The position numbers and the translations under genes are program-made. From Mustelus asterias (taxonomy: Eukaryota), in assembly GCF_964213995.1 (NCBI RefSeq), contig NC_135806.1, positions 21,328,001 to 21,392,000 of the forward strand: a stretch of DNA of 64,000 nt, written 5' to 3'. This document shows positions 24,885 through 38,159 of the stretch, one piece after another; position 1 is the first letter of the stretch; each line of letters begins with the position of its first letter. The notes beneath the pieces are model-generated. The model was not told the origin of the DNA. It did no database searches and saw only the letters and a program-made list of their open reading frames with translations.

Positions 24885-25398
24885 AATCATAGAATCCCTA
24901 CAGTGCAGAAGGAGGCCATTTGGCCCATCGAGCCTGAACGGACAACAATCCCACCCAGGCCCCATCCCTGTAACCCCACGTATTTACTCTGTTAGTCCCC
25001 CTGACACTGAGGGTTAATTTATCATGGCCAATCAACCTAACCCACATGTTCTGTCCGCGCAGGCGTGGCTTTCCTCCAGATGCTCCGGTTTCCTCCCACA
25101 GTCCAAAGATGTGCGGGCTAGGTTCATTCGCCACGCTAAATTGCCCCTTAGTGTCCTGAGATGAGTAGGTCAGAGGTATTAGTAGGGTAAATATGTGGGG
25201 TTATGGGAAAAGGGCATAGGTGGGATTTTTGTCAGTGCAGATTCAATGGGCCGAATGGCCTCCTTCTGAACTGTAGGGTTTCTATGTTTCTATCTTTGGA
25301 CTGTGGAAAAAACCCATGCAGATATAGAGAGTATGTACAAACTCCACACAGACAGTCACCTGAGGCAGCAGTGCTAAGCACTGAGCCACCATGCCGCT
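24885..25398 (-). mobile_element. V-SINE (minus) containing a 5'-truncated V-SINE (plus, ~25048-25291)
   Basis: The host SINE breaks at ...AACCCACAT and resumes at CTTTGGACTGTGG. The insert ends TTCTATGTTTCT. Confidence 0.85.
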
Positions 25399-28004
25399 CC
25401 GCAAGAGACAGATCTGCTTTTAGCTCTACAATGGCATTCCATCGTAAAGGAGAAAGTAAACATGCACCAAGGATCAGTAAGTATGAAGTATCAAGGAAAG
25501 GTCGCACAGGAGAACCATCCTGATTGTTTGACATTTGATGATATTGATGGAAATTGTGTCTATTGTAAAGATGCAGTTGGTACAGAGTACTGTTTGCTCA
25601 TGTATTTTAATGTTAAATAACTTTTCTGGTTCATAACCTGAGTAGCGGAGTGTGATGGAATGTATACTTACTGAAGATGAGGTGGTTATGGGGCATTTTC
25701 CAATGAACCAAAATACAGCGAGAAGATTTCCCTGTTCATCCCCCAGGTCTTTGTAGATTTATTCAGTTACTGAGCAGATTGAAAATAAAATAGCTTGTGG
25801 CACTGGTCACTGATGCTGAATGCACACGCATATCAAGCATAAAAATTCAAAAAATGCAACAGAGACTAGATCTGGAAGGTGAATATATTCTATGTGATGC
25901 TATGCAAAGTTCTCCATAATGTCTTGTTCACCGCTTATTATTCAGTCCTCGGTCTGAATCCTTAAATACATTGTATTTTGCTTTCCACAGAGTGATTAAT
26001 GCAAACACTGCTGACCTTTTCTCTACTCTGTCTCTTTTCCCTTTTGTAGTGCAACATATTCAGTCTCTCCACTTACCACTAAATGATCAAATGGCTGTTA
26101 CCAGCCAGATCAATTCTTTGATGACTCCAAAATAGCAAGTAAGGCTTTCTGTGTTATACAGGAAAAGCCAAGAGGTACAAACAAGACCTTGCTTTTAATG
26201 GACCAGCCACAAACCACAGCACTCAATATCTAACTTCTATTGTGTGCAGAGTATTGAATTCTGATGTGAACCAAACCTGCATCCACGGAAATCTAAACAT
26301 CCCTGCTGCTCCAATCCACTGCCAGAGTCAATGCACCAATAAAATCCCATAAAGATCTCAAATAAAATCTCTCACTGAGAGTTAGGAATGCTATGAGGTA
26401 TAAGATATTGGAACACCTTTGTTACAAGGTTCAAAAAGGCCATGGAAGAATAGAAATAGATTGTGGGTTTCCTCCAGTCATCCCAAAAATAAGATTTGTG
26501 TTCTAACAATGGGCTGGATTTTCCAGTCAGCAGTAACACTATGGCCGATGCCACTGACTGCATTTAGAAATGCATTGTTATCATTTTCACGGCTGCCATA
26601 GGAACCTGCTACCCCAGCTGCAGAGTGCACCCATCGACTGGATGAGTAGGGATGACCTGTGGCGAAGCGCAACTCTGCCAATGCCATGATACCTTTGACA
26701 TCTCAAGCTGAAGGAGTGCCTCTTGGGGTCTGTCCTCAGAAGCTTAATGATAGGCAAGTTTTTTTTAAAACTTTTTAATCATCAATCTATTTTTAATTCT
26801 GAGAAACCCTCCCCCCAACTCCAGTCCCCTCCCCACAACTCTGGCTCTGCTCGTATGCCATCCCACACTTCTGCCTCTGTTGATCAACACACACCCCTCC
26901 CTCCCCCATCTCTGGCCCTATTCTCCCTCTATGGCACCTCCAGTTCTGCTCCAATGTTGACAGGACTAAGGAACTGATGGGCAGCCGGGAGTACAGTGGG
27001 AGGTCTGGGGGGAGGGGAGGGCCAGGAGGGGCTTGGTGGTGGAGGCAGTGAGGGGGGGGGGGGATGTGAGGGTGGCGATGAGCCAAGGGTGCAGGTGGGG
27101 GCTGTGAGCAGGGCCGGTAGTGTGGAATCGTACATGAACAGACCCGAGGGGGAGAGGGCGTAAAGGTGAGCAAGGGTTCCACAGATACCCAGGGGAGGGG
27201 TGAGATTTTGTTTTAAATGATCCCAACAAATCTCTATTAGCATTGGTCACAGTTAAATCAGAGGATGTAAGCCTCAAAGATAGGAACATTTAGCCCTATA
27301 AGGTGGAATGTGTGTTACTTTTTGGACTGAAAGCAAAATTCATTTAAAATGGATGGTGATTTAACTTCAAGGCAGAGTAGAACCTTGGATTTTTTGTATT
27401 GATCATTAAAAGTTTGGGAGACATTTTATAATCTGTGCTTGGAGAGAGAAAGCTGAAAGACCGTGTAAGATTATTTGGCACCTTTTGCCCTTGTAATTGA
27501 TCAAAGTGGTGCACTGCTCTAAAGGGAGCTTTAAGACAATGTGGGTGCAGTCCATGACGACCTGGACTTGGGTAAAGTCTGCAGTCTGTCCAAATCTCAG
27601 AGCCCTGTCTTGCTGCTGATCACTGTACAGGGGAAAAGGCCTGATAATACAAGCATATGCTCTGGCTGACTGATGCCACTGATATCCTCAATTACTGACC
27701 AGAAGGAACTAGATCAGGGCTCCAGTGATCTTATAACAGACAATGTAATGCGGCAGAGAGATGAAACAACTCAATCACAGTTTCTATAAAGTCCCCTAAT
27801 ATTTGAGGGTGAGGATATGGTGGTGGCAGCTCTGAATGAAACAGAAAATCTCATCGGGGTCCTGATAAAGTTCCCTATTCACATTTTTTAAACAGGCTCA
27901 ATGGTTTCTGTTGTGAGTACTGGATGTCCAAATCAAAGTCTGTCTTAACTCAGAACAGGTGGGCGCAATTCACTATTGTTCTATTATTTTAGTTTTTCAG
28001 TCCA

Positions 28005-28125
28005 GATCTCCCAGTTCTGATGAAAAACTATCAACCTGAACCATTAGTTGCCCTCTCCACAAATGTCACCTGACCAGCGGAGCATTGCCAGCCTTTACAG
28101 ATTCCCAGCATCCAGTGCATTTGTC
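28005..28125 (+). mobile_element. Decayed terminal repeat of a second PLE-type family
   Basis: AGTTCTGATGAA hammerhead-like core followed by CTCTCCACA..TG..CCTGACC. Related pieces at ~32945-33055 (plus) and ~41025-41435 (minus). Confidence 0.5.
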
Positions 28126-28255
28126 TTATGCGACCTTACATCCTATGTTATTTGCCAAATAGTTTCAACTGGTTGTGCACTGCATGTTTTAACACCTCAG
28201 CAACCACCATGTATCCATTCTTAGTGATTAGTGTTATCACTAACCAAATATTATA

Positions 28256-28420
28256 CCATAAGACCATAAGATATGGGAGCAGAATTAGATCATTTGGCCC
28301 ATCGAGTCTGCTCTGCCATTCGATCATGGCTGATAATTTTCTCAATCCCATTTTCCCGCCTTTTCCCCGTAACCTTTGATCCCCTTACCAATCAAGAACT
28401 TATCTATCTCTGTCTTAAAT
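28256..28420 (-). mobile_element. CR1 3' UTR fragment
   Basis: Reverse strand reads GACTCGATGGGCCAAATG...TCTTATGGTCTTATGG. Confidence 0.8.
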
Positions 28421-29284
28421 ACATCATATTTCATCCAGCCCTTTCTTTAAAAAAAATAGTTTATGTCACACACCAATAGCTAATCCTCTGGGGTCTTTTC
28501 CACAAAGTTCTATCAGGGGAAAAAAAGTCTTCCTAATTTCAAGTCTCGCATAAGGTTCATTAATTGCGTACACATGTCTGCACTCATGCTCCAAATTAAA
28601 GTATCTGCTCGCACTTACATTCCAGTCTTCTCGGTGTTTAATTTTCCCCCATTTTATTCTCACTATCCATAATTCAAATTGATGCTAATCCACACCAAGA
28701 ACATCTCACACTGAAAGTGCATCGGAAAATCTCTCATTTAATTCAGACTGCTTAATTCAAATTCTTAGATTATGCAAGTATAAATTCCTGCTGGAATCAG
28801 GATTCAACAAAAGCGACTCACCACTCTAAATTAATTCAGCATGTAATCACCGTCAGGTGCATAGGGCAGCCAACTGAGTCCTACTTCAGTGGTCAAGGGG
28901 AGACACACAGCAGTTAGAAAACATGACCAGCAAGAATACAAAACCCTTCCAATAGCTGAACAATGCAGCATCAAATTCGATAAGGAACACTCAAGAATAT
29001 TGAAGTGATACCACGGAAATGAAATGCCCCTCCCGTCACTCTCTCAGGCAACCTGAAAGACAAGGAAAGTTGATTTTATTGGTGGAGGATGCACACTTTA
29101 GCTTACCAGACAGCCAAAGCACTTTGCTGAGCTGTTTCAAGCAGGTGAGAGCAGTTAAACCTGGTCAACTATCCAATGTCAACTTGAATGAAAAACCTGA
29201 ATGAATATGACGAAAATTTGGGAACACTTTCCACATCAGAAATTGAGTCCTTCTTTTCTAAACAAGTTGCCCCCAAACAGAATG

Positions 29285-30435
29285 TTTTTTTTATTTTATA
29301 ACTAATTTATTTACATAAGTTTCATACAAGCCATTAGGTTGTACAGAAAACAGCCATTTTAGGTCCACATTAAAATTTACATTAGTCAAGATTTTCCCAA
29401 AGGATTCAGCTGCCCCTTCATTTCGTCTCAGGTTTTTTCTCTCCTTCCTCAAGTTTAGGCAGTTCAGTTGGCTCACTGTGTGAATATAGAATCATACAGT
29501 GCAGAAGGAGGCCATTCAGCCCATTGAGTCTGCATCAACCACAGTCCCATCCAGGCCCCATCCCCACAACCCCATAACCTCATGCATGGCCAATCCACCT
29601 AACCCGCACATCTTTGGACTGTGGGAGAAAACCGGAGCACCCGGAGGAAACCGCCGCAGACATGGGGAGAATGTGCAAACTCCACACAGTCAGTGACCTA
29701 AGCTGGGAATTGAACCTGGGTCCCTGGCGCTGTGCCGCCATGCTGGGAAAGCTTCCCATGGACTGTTGAGGTCAAATTTGTGGAGTTCTTGGGCAAATTC
29801 AACAGGCTCAGTTACAGCATGTTTGATCTCATCATCGTAGCATATCTCGGTGTATCCAGAGAGTGGGAAACCTTTGTGAAAAGGATGGCCTTCAAACCCG
29901 TAGTTTTGTGAGAATCTGGGTGGTCAGCAAAAAACACACCTACATAACCCAAATCTTTCTCCCATACCAGTTTGCAGCCTTGAATACAGGTACCAATGAA
30001 TCTTGTGGCGTCAGTTCATCGGTGTGAGTCTTCACACAGATACGAGAGTTAAACTGAAGTGAAAACAGGTTATATACAATCTCAAATCTAAATGGACGAG
30101 AAGGAATATCCACTGCAGTCTCATCTGCAAGAGATTTAAACTGGGAGTTGGGGTGAACCCATAGAAATGTCAGCACTGGGATTTTGCCATCCGGATGGAT
30201 AAAAATCTCCAACTCATTGAAACAGGTCACCTGCTGGATGTATTTGGGAAGAATCTCTGCAATATATTCACAAAATGTAGATAGCTGGTTGTTGCTGTAG
30301 TTCATTCCTTGGTTGGAGTCTCAGAAACAGATCCCTCAAACCTAGTTGGTGATGCTAAAGTACTGTGGCCAGGAGCAAAATTCTGGAAAGCACTCTGGAA
30401 TCCAACCGAGCCACGCTCACCAACCTGGCCACCAT
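29285..30435 (-). pseudogene. NDUFS3: Processed pseudogene of NADH:ubiquinone oxidoreductase core subunit S3 (30 kDa)
   Basis: Intronless from ATG 30435 to TGA 29418-29420. Peptides: [79 protein letters not shown]. It has stops, frameshifts and small deletions, AATAAA at 29306-29311 and an A-rich tail at ~29285-29297. Confidence 0.95.
29487..29742 (-). mobile_element. V-SINE, tail A, inserted near the 3' end of the NDUFS3 pseudogene CDS
   Basis: Separates WEAFPA from HSEPTELPK. Confidence 0.9.
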
Positions 30436-31769
30436 GGTAATGGAACCTCACACCAATGAAAATATTCAGGTAAGAAAATTGCTGAACATTGAATTACCAT
30501 CAGCGAGGAAAATGAAAGCTATGGACTATTGGATACTTCAACACCCCCAACGTTTCAGTGGCTTTGATTTGCTCTCTAACCCAAAACAACAATTCAGCAT
30601 GAATGTCCGCTGTTCTTTCAAAAGATGGTGCACTTTGATTGAAGTATGGCGATGCAAGGCAGAAATGTCACCTCAGTTACAGATAACTGAGGGGTCCAAG
30701 TAAAGTGCTTGTGGCAAAATGAGATGGAACCAATGGTTTTATTGTCATGCCTGACAACTGTGAACCAGACAATCAATTCTGGCGATTTACAGAAACAAAG
30801 GAATATTTTGTTTGAAAAGTTATTGCTGCATGCGACTCAGATGTACCACTTTTCTTGGGTGTTCTGAAAGTAATTTGCATGATCTATTTCTCATGGAAGG
30901 AGTTCAAAGCAGAAGTTCCTGCCAACTCTTCTTGGCAATATTCATTGATCTCACCAGCAGAGGCAACAGCTGTAACAAATATAGTCAAGGATCCCAGACT
31001 AATGCAGGCGGCTGACGTTTATGGAGTAAAACTATCAGTGTATGAGTTCTCAGCTATGATTGCGAGCAGACCAAAACTTTGCATTTGCCCTCCATGGTAA
31101 GGAGAAAGTCCTGGCATTCAAATCATTGACTTATGTCAAAACAGTCAATATTTTTTGTCACTGGCTTAAAGAATATCGTGGCTAATGGGAATGTGTGCGA
31201 ACAAAGACACAAGCGAACGGATCCTACAAATACATGGACTATGAGGAACCAACTGTCCCCTTCCCCACCCACAACCCCCCCCCCCCAACCCCCCCACCCC
31301 CACTCTTGCCATGATGTCCTTTACATACCAGGGAAGTCTCTCCATAACTAAACTCATCTGTGCTAAAGGAATGTTGTTCTGTAACAAGTATAAAAATTGA
31401 CAATCTTGTGGATGGACATGTCCACAGTGGGAAGAAAATGACAATCATTGGCTATGTTTAAAAATGGCTCATCATTGTCTGCTTTAGCTTGGATGGTGCT
31501 GAAATTTCAAACACAAGCTTTTTGTTAATTGTATAATGCTTCCAACACTTATAATATCCCTATATATAGTATGCTGCTTTGTTGGAAATATTCATAGTAT
31601 GGGCAGCTTGCCCAACACTTTTGGCAAAAAACACCTTCCAAAGAAGGTTTCCAGTGAAGCCCAATGCAACTTGGAGGAACAGCAATTGGAAGAATTAGGC
31701 ACTTTACAGCCTTCCGGACTGAACATTGAGTAGAGTATGAACTCTCTCCTCCACCGTCACTCCAATTCC

Positions 31770-31842
31770 GAGGCTGGAATTGAACCCGGGTCCCTGGCAC
31801 TGTGAGGCAGCAGTGCTAACCACAGTGCCACCGTGGTGCCCC
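31770..31842 (-). mobile_element. V-SINE tRNA-head fragment
   Basis: Reverse strand reads GGTGGCACTGTGGTTAGCACTGCTGCCTCACAGTGCCAGGGACCCGGGTTCAATTCC. Confidence 0.85.
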
Positions 31843-32367
31843 TTCCATTTTCCATCTTTTTTTAAAGTGAAAAACTTTAAACATTTTTCATGCTTTTCCA
31901 TTCTGCATCTTTTTTCTCCCTCTTGGAATCTTTATCTCCCTTACTTTTCTTTTCCCTTTACTTAATTTGACACTAAATTCACCTACTCTAATTAAACATC
32001 CTGCTCAGTCATTCTGATATTTGTTTCTTAATCCTTAAATCTCATGTGTTTCTGGCCTGATATCTTTATACTCATGGACTAAAAAGTAGAATAGGCACCC
32101 CACATTTCGCTACCATCGAATCCCTATAGTGCAGAAGGATGCCATTTGGCCTATCAAGTCTGCAGTGACTCTCCGAAAGAGCATCTCAGTAAGACCCAAC
32201 TGTACCCTTTAGTACTTGTAGATAGATCAGGTGTCAATATACATAACCTTACATTTATCGACGTTAAAGGTATATATAGATATATAGCTTATGAACCTGG
32301 TGCATAGTCCAGGTTGCAAAAGGTCCTGATGAATGTAAGATGGAAAGCTTTGACAAAAACGTTTATA

Positions 32368-32929
32368 AAGTTTATTTATTTATTTGTCACAAGTAAGGCT
32401 TACATTAACACTGCAATGAGGTTACTGTGAAATTCCCCAAGTCACCACAGTCCGGTGTGTGTTCGGGCCAATGCACCTAACCAGCACGTCTTTCAGAATG
32501 TGGGAGGAAACTGGAGCACCCGGAGGAAACTCCACATGGCAGTGACCCAAGCCGGGAATCGAACCTGGGTCCCTGGCACTGTGAGACAGCAGTGCTAACC
32601 ACTGTGCTACCGTGCAGCCCTACAAAGTTTATTTAACAGTCATAAATAGTCTTACAGTAACATTGCAATGAAGTTACAGTGAAAATTCCCTAGTCACCAT
32701 CGTCCGGCGCCTGGTCAGGTACACTGAGGGAGAATTTAACATGGTCAATTCACCTAACCTGCACATCTTTGGACTGTGGGAGGAAACCGGAGCACCCGGA
32801 GGAAACCCACGCAGACACGGGGAGAACATGCAAACTCCATTCAGCCAGACAGTGACCCAAGCCGGGAATCGAACCCAGGTCCCTGACGCTGTGAGGCCAC
32901 AGTGTTAACCACTGTGTCACTACCGTGCC
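32368..32929 (-). mobile_element. Two head-to-tail V-SINEs, both tail B (~32368-32620 and ~32625-32929)
   Basis: Two head/V-domain/tail-B units in tandem. Confidence 0.9.
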
Positions 32930-34182
32930 TTTTTCAGCAATGGCCTGAAATGTTAACTCTGTTCCCCTCGCCACAGATGCTGCCTGACCTGCTCAGCGTT
33001 TCCAGCATTTTCTGCTGTTATTCTATATTCCCAGCAACTGTAGTGTTTCATATTTGTGTTGAAATCTGGGCATATGTCAGATTGTTTCAATTTACTTCCA
33101 ATTTTAATAATCTCTCTCCTACCCATCATCTGGCCATAAAACGTGGTGACTTCAGCCAGTTTTATAATATTGCAAGCATGATTTTTACGTATCACTGAAG
33201 AGTAGTGCTACTAACAGCAGGCAACTAAGAACAGTCCCTGAACAACTCAATTTATCACAATCCCTCAAAGTTTATATTTTTTGTCAGCTTCTGTTTTTAA
33301 CCGAGCAGTCATCAGCAGCAAACAGCTCATATCCACTACAACAGATAGAGCAACAATGAACGTAAACTCTTGAGAGATGTTTGAAGCAAGATAGTCATTT
33401 TTAAACCATTGACTAATACATTGGTCATACCGGGCCCATTCACAGATCAAGGGATGAACATTCAAACCATGCATGCAAAGATTATTCAGGCTTAAATTCA
33501 TGTGCTTTCTTACTGTAATTGGACACCCATTCTCTTTAAACTCCCAAATTTTGGAGAAAGAGATCTCTGAGCAATGAGGGCGTAAATACCAAGTTGTTAA
33601 CATTAAATTCAAGTAGCAACTCCAAATCTGAAATTTCGATGAATTCTGGTTATCTTGTTAGTTTAAAATGAAGCAGTCTTGCTTTTAGGCATTATGGAAA
33701 GCTACACCTTAATGGAAATGCCATATGCTAATATACAAGTCTCCAAATCGATAAAACTCAATTCATTAAATGAGGTCAAATATAATTTGCTGATCGGGAT
33801 GATTCATCTGTCGGGTCCATTTCCTTTTGTGGAATTTTGCTCAGTTTTTTGGAGGTCTTTTAAACCATTGACTGAAGTCCAGTTTTGGTATGTGAAGTTA
33901 ATAAAAATCAGTAAGTGACAAGTAGTCAACGCCAGTAAGAGAAAGCTCAGCATTCTAAATGAATAAGTAAGGGCAAAGCACTGTTATTTTGAAAGCATCT
34001 AACACCCGACATGTTTTCTGCTGCAGCTGTGGCTTAATGCATTATCGATTAATTTACCTCATGGATCACAGCACAGAAGATAGCAGAAAAACACTCTGCT
34101 ATCTATGCTGGTGACATAGATAGATCAAAAAATGCATGTCGAACGTTGAATGCTTCACAAAAGCTGACTTTTCTTTTTACAG

Positions 34183-34220
34183 TATGAAGACGAAGGACAG
34201 GATACTAATTACCACAGCAG
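34183..34220 (+). other. Candidate 38-nt exon
   Basis: Acceptor GCTGACTTTTCTTTTTACAG (branch point and pyrimidine tract) and donor CAG|GTATCT. Two open frames: YEDEGQDTNYHS or MKTKDRILITTA. Confidence 0.4.
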
Positions 34221-34344
34221 GTATCTCGAGTTGAGACGTTGACAGACCCATCTCAGATTAAAGGACCCCATTCAAGCCAGTTTTTGCTCTGGACAGGCAG
34301 GGAGGAAATAGAGTAGAAGCTATTAACCTCAATATCAGACCATA

Positions 34345-34495
34345 GTTTAGTTTATTTATTAGTGTCATAAGTAGGCTTACGTTAACACTGCAATGAAGTT
34401 ACTGTGAAAATCCCCCAGTTGCCACACTCCGGCACTTGTTCGGGTACACTGAGGGAGAATTTAGCTTGGCCAATGCACCTAACTAGCATGTCTTT
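34345..34495 (-). mobile_element. V-SINE 3' fragment, tail B
   Basis: Type-B tail on the reverse strand. Confidence 0.85.
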
Positions 34496-36992
34496 TAAAC
34501 TTTTCACATAGGTGACCTCATGGGTGATTGATTGCTGAAGTGGGCTCATAGGAAGGCCCACCTCTAATATCTGGGACTTCATCTCAGATGTTTTAGAAGC
34601 TGTTCTATCTCTCACCACTCACACCCATCAACCCCACCCACTCTTCATACCCCTTCCATGTCAACTCATGCCCCCACAACTATCCCCCTTTCCCCTGCAT
34701 GCCCGTCATGTCCCACTCATAACAATTTGTGCCACTTCATGCCTCTGCTTGCCCTCTCCATGTCATCTCCTGCCCATGTCACTTCCATAGCCATACACCC
34801 AATATCCACTATGGACAGACTTAAGGAGCCATGTGGAAAAGAAGAAAAATAACCATCTAACAGTCCAAGAGAGCTCTCGTTAAGACATAGATGATAGTAA
34901 AAAAACTCTCAGTCCTGAAGCCCATTCAAAGATTTCAAATCATGTCAAGTGTTCAAGCTGCTGTAAAAACAAATACATTTCTAATCAGGAACCACATTGA
35001 GGAGAGCCAATCATTTAATACACTCTTTAAACTGTCAATTAAAAATGAGCTCAAACGCAACCCCACCTCTCCCAACCTGCCCCCCGCCCCCAGAGATTCT
35101 GACTGAGATAAACACTTCTGTAGCTTTTTGAAACTCAGCCAAGCATTCATGATGATGCCAGCGGTAATAATAACACTGGAGAAATATCAACAAAGAAGTC
35201 AATTGAAATTGTAGGAACAGCTGGTAATTTGTTTGTCTATCTTACACTAGATCGTTTGTCAATCAAAGTATTCCAGCAGAAGTACTTTTTTAAAATCCAC
35301 CCGATAGCTTCAGCCTGTTTTTTTTTCATATTTAAATAATTTCAAATCAGGATATTTAAACTGACCTTAAACCTTATCCATCATTAAACAGCATTTACAT
35401 ATATTCTATCGACTCATGACTGCCACACTTCGGTTTAAGGTTCTTGGAATAGAAAAAATAGTGTCAGTTTGAATTATATTCAGTCATGGAGTAAGGGGGA
35501 GGGGAACGGATTCCCTTCTCTTCAACTGCTCACTTAGCACCAGCTTTTTAACACAGCAGTTATTTCAAGTTTCTGAGCCTTCATAGAAAGCTAGGAGCTT
35601 CAAACTGCTGTAAACCTTTGTTTCCATTCAAGTTCAGTTCTGTCCTTTTAGTAGCTGCAGGTAACTTCAAAGCAGCCGAGTGCTTTTCAGTTCCTTGTTT
35701 GTGTAAATATTACAGTTAGGAAGAATGGGAGGTACTTGAGATGCATTCAAGAATGAAGGGAAAGGTAAGTAAACACAACTGACTGGATACTGAGTAAAAA
35801 CCATTAAGCTGTCAATCAAAGAAGAGTTAAAAGGACTGAACTGAAGTTGAATGGAAACAGAGGTTTGAAGGTGTTTCGATGGCTCAGCTTTCTATGAAGG
35901 GTCAGAGACTTGAAATTAATGCTGTGTTAAAAGAAAGGGGATAAGTGAGCAGTTGTGGATAAGGGAATATCCCCTCCACTCTCCTTGCCCCAGTGAATGC
36001 GAGTGACGTATGTCAGATGAGAATTGAAAGAGACCTTCTCACATCTGCAGCTTCCTCGACAGAGAAAAGGGAATCACTTCTGCTGAATAGAGTGCTGCAG
36101 TGATTTGGAAGCCTTCCAGCTGTCCAGGGGGCATGGAGATTAAAGCAACAGAGGCAATAATGAGTATTTCACCCCAAAATGGTGTCTGAATTCATCATCC
36201 TGAAACAAAACAACACCTTTCCCAGGGCTAGAGGGGGCAGTCCAGCCACCAGACTCCAATCTTGGGAGGGGGGCGGGGGGGGGGGGGGTGCGGGGGTAGT
36301 GGCGAAGTGAACCCCTTGCCCCAGCCCCACCCCACCCAGACTCCAGGACCCTTGAGGACCCTCTGCAACCTGACAGCGGTAGAGGGACACATGGCCATTG
36401 GACATACATCCTTGACACCCCCCCCCCTTGGTATCAAAGGCAACAGGCCAGGTTGTCAGTGCCAGAATGCTAGGAGGCAGTGCACTATTGGCGTTGCCAG
36501 GGGATGGGGTCTCAGAGGGGGAGTGGGATGTGGGGGGCTGGGGGAGCGGGGGGAAGAGGAAGGCTGAGGGGGAGAGGGTTCCCTTCATGGCAATGTGGTG
36601 AGGGGGAGTGGTGACCCATTATTTCAGTGGTGTGAGGAAGATGCCCCTCTTTGCCAAGGGGTTGGAGTGCTCCCCTGGCCAGTGGCATGAGTCAGGCTAG
36701 CCAATGTGTTTCTCAAGATCCACTGATTTGCATCTTTCAGGTAGGTGAATCCCACTTGACACACGCTGCCAGTGCCAATGGGAAACACTCCAGTTTTACT
36801 GCTGGGAACTTTGTGCTGATTTGGGTGAATTGCACCTGACATCTCTTTATCCAACTGAACTGCAATGTCATCAGATCAAATTTTCCATCTTCTTCTCATG
36901 TGCCTGAACTCAACATCTTGCCAATGGTGACCTTCCCATTTTATGCCAGCAGGTGGCGCTGCTATGGCACCTTCACTGTCACCAATTGTCAC

Positions 36993-37083
36993 AGTAAGAA
37001 GTCTCACACACAGGTTTTAACCTGGTGTTGTGAGACTTCTTACTGTGTTCACCCCAGTTCAACGCTGGCATCTCCACATCATG
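36993..37083 (+). mobile_element. Penelope-like mini-insertion, 91 bp
   Basis: 12-bp TSD ACCAATTGTCAC at 36981-36992 and 37084-37095. Short inverted arms are followed by the tail ...GGCATCTCCACATCATG. Confidence 0.9.
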
Positions 37084-37559
37084 ACCAATTGTCACTAACA
37101 TCTTTAGGGAAGTGTTCAAGTGAGCAACACTTCAACCAGCCAGTCTTCAAACTAAACTGTGACTTTGATATGTTGATGACAATTTCAGATGGCAACATGA
37201 TTTGAGAGAACTTCAGTGTCCTACAACACCGCAACTAGCAACGTTTCGGCATTAATTTTAATATGGGGATGGAACAACAACTTTCCTTACCATTTCTTGG
37301 TGCTCTCATCATCCAAGCTCTCAACACGCCAATACATCAAGTCTATCATAAGACACTCATACTATCAGATACCCTCCACCTTCCAATCAGTTTCCATCAC
37401 TCATCCTAAAATACCCTACTCCATCAGTGACAAAAAAAACATATACAACAATAACTTTACCATCATAAACCTGTATGTTAACTCAATGGGTTCCCATTAC
37501 ACAAGATTAACACACAGCCACCAGTTACTCATTCCATAACAATTTTTTCCATTCCGACA

Positions 37560-37960
37560 AAGTTCAGCCTCCTATTCCACCATTCTTGGCCCGCTGCGCT
37601 GCTTGAGTAGTACAGTGAGCTGGGAAAAATATCAGCAGGAGACCAAAAACGGGAATCGCGACCGGCGTCCGGCCAGCCATCGTGAGGCCTGTGATGTCGG
37701 TGGGACAGAGTCGCATGTCAACCAATCTCCCAGACTGCTGGGAGATTGGCGCATGTGCACTGGCCACCTTAGCACTCTGCTGCTTGCATCTCAAGCGGGA
37801 ATAACCTTACCCTCCTTCCCCCGACCGGTGTGAATACCCTGTCGGCCTCTGTGTTGCAGAGTGCCGGAATTTCATTTTACTAAGCTCGTACAAAAATGCA
37901 CAGGAAAAACTCATTTTTCCGCCTATTGGGCACTTGGTTTTTTTTGGAAAATTGCACCCA
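37560..37960. mobile_element. Harbinger-type non-autonomous fragment
   Basis: GC/CpG-rich block ending GGAAAATTGCACCC. Confidence 0.55.
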
Positions 37961-38159
37961 ACATCATATACTCAAGTGACCCAAAGAAAGAAGCCTGATA
38001 AAGCTCCAATCTAACCTTCATATTCACAAAGACAAGAGCCATCTTATAATAAACCAATAATGTGCAGCAGACAATGCAACTGTGGTCTCATCCACATTGG
38101 GCAACAGGCCAAGACTTACACACTAAACTCAAGGAACCTCAAACCTGCATGAAAAGAAA

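Larger units (their letters stand above)
36870..38140 (+). pseudogene. Ancient Penelope-like RT plus GIY-YIG relic (different family from 54579-56230)
   Basis: Degenerate motifs in order: GAAM..SLSPIVTNIF (joined across the insert at 36993-37083), YVDD near 37168, LPFLG.L, VYHK, then CNCGLIHIGQ...LHTKLKE near 38075-38137. Confidence 0.6.

Noticed and set aside
26050-26138. Strong acceptor with a GTAAGG donor
   Set aside because: All three frames contain stops. It could only be a non-coding or poison exon, and there is no further support.
29940-30305. 121-aa ORF as a functional NuoC/Nad9/NDUFS3 gene or a NUMT
   Set aside because: It is flanked by frameshifts and stops, interrupted downstream by a SINE and poly(A)-tailed. 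Animal mtDNA lacks this gene.
30855-31100. 81-aa ORF ending at a GTAAGG donor
   Set aside because: No recognisable homology and a weak acceptor.
35716-35764. Segment ending in consensus donor AAG|GTAAGT (EEWEVLEMHSRMKGK)
   Set aside because: The acceptor is weak, the phase does not fit the other candidates, and the peptide is unrecognised.
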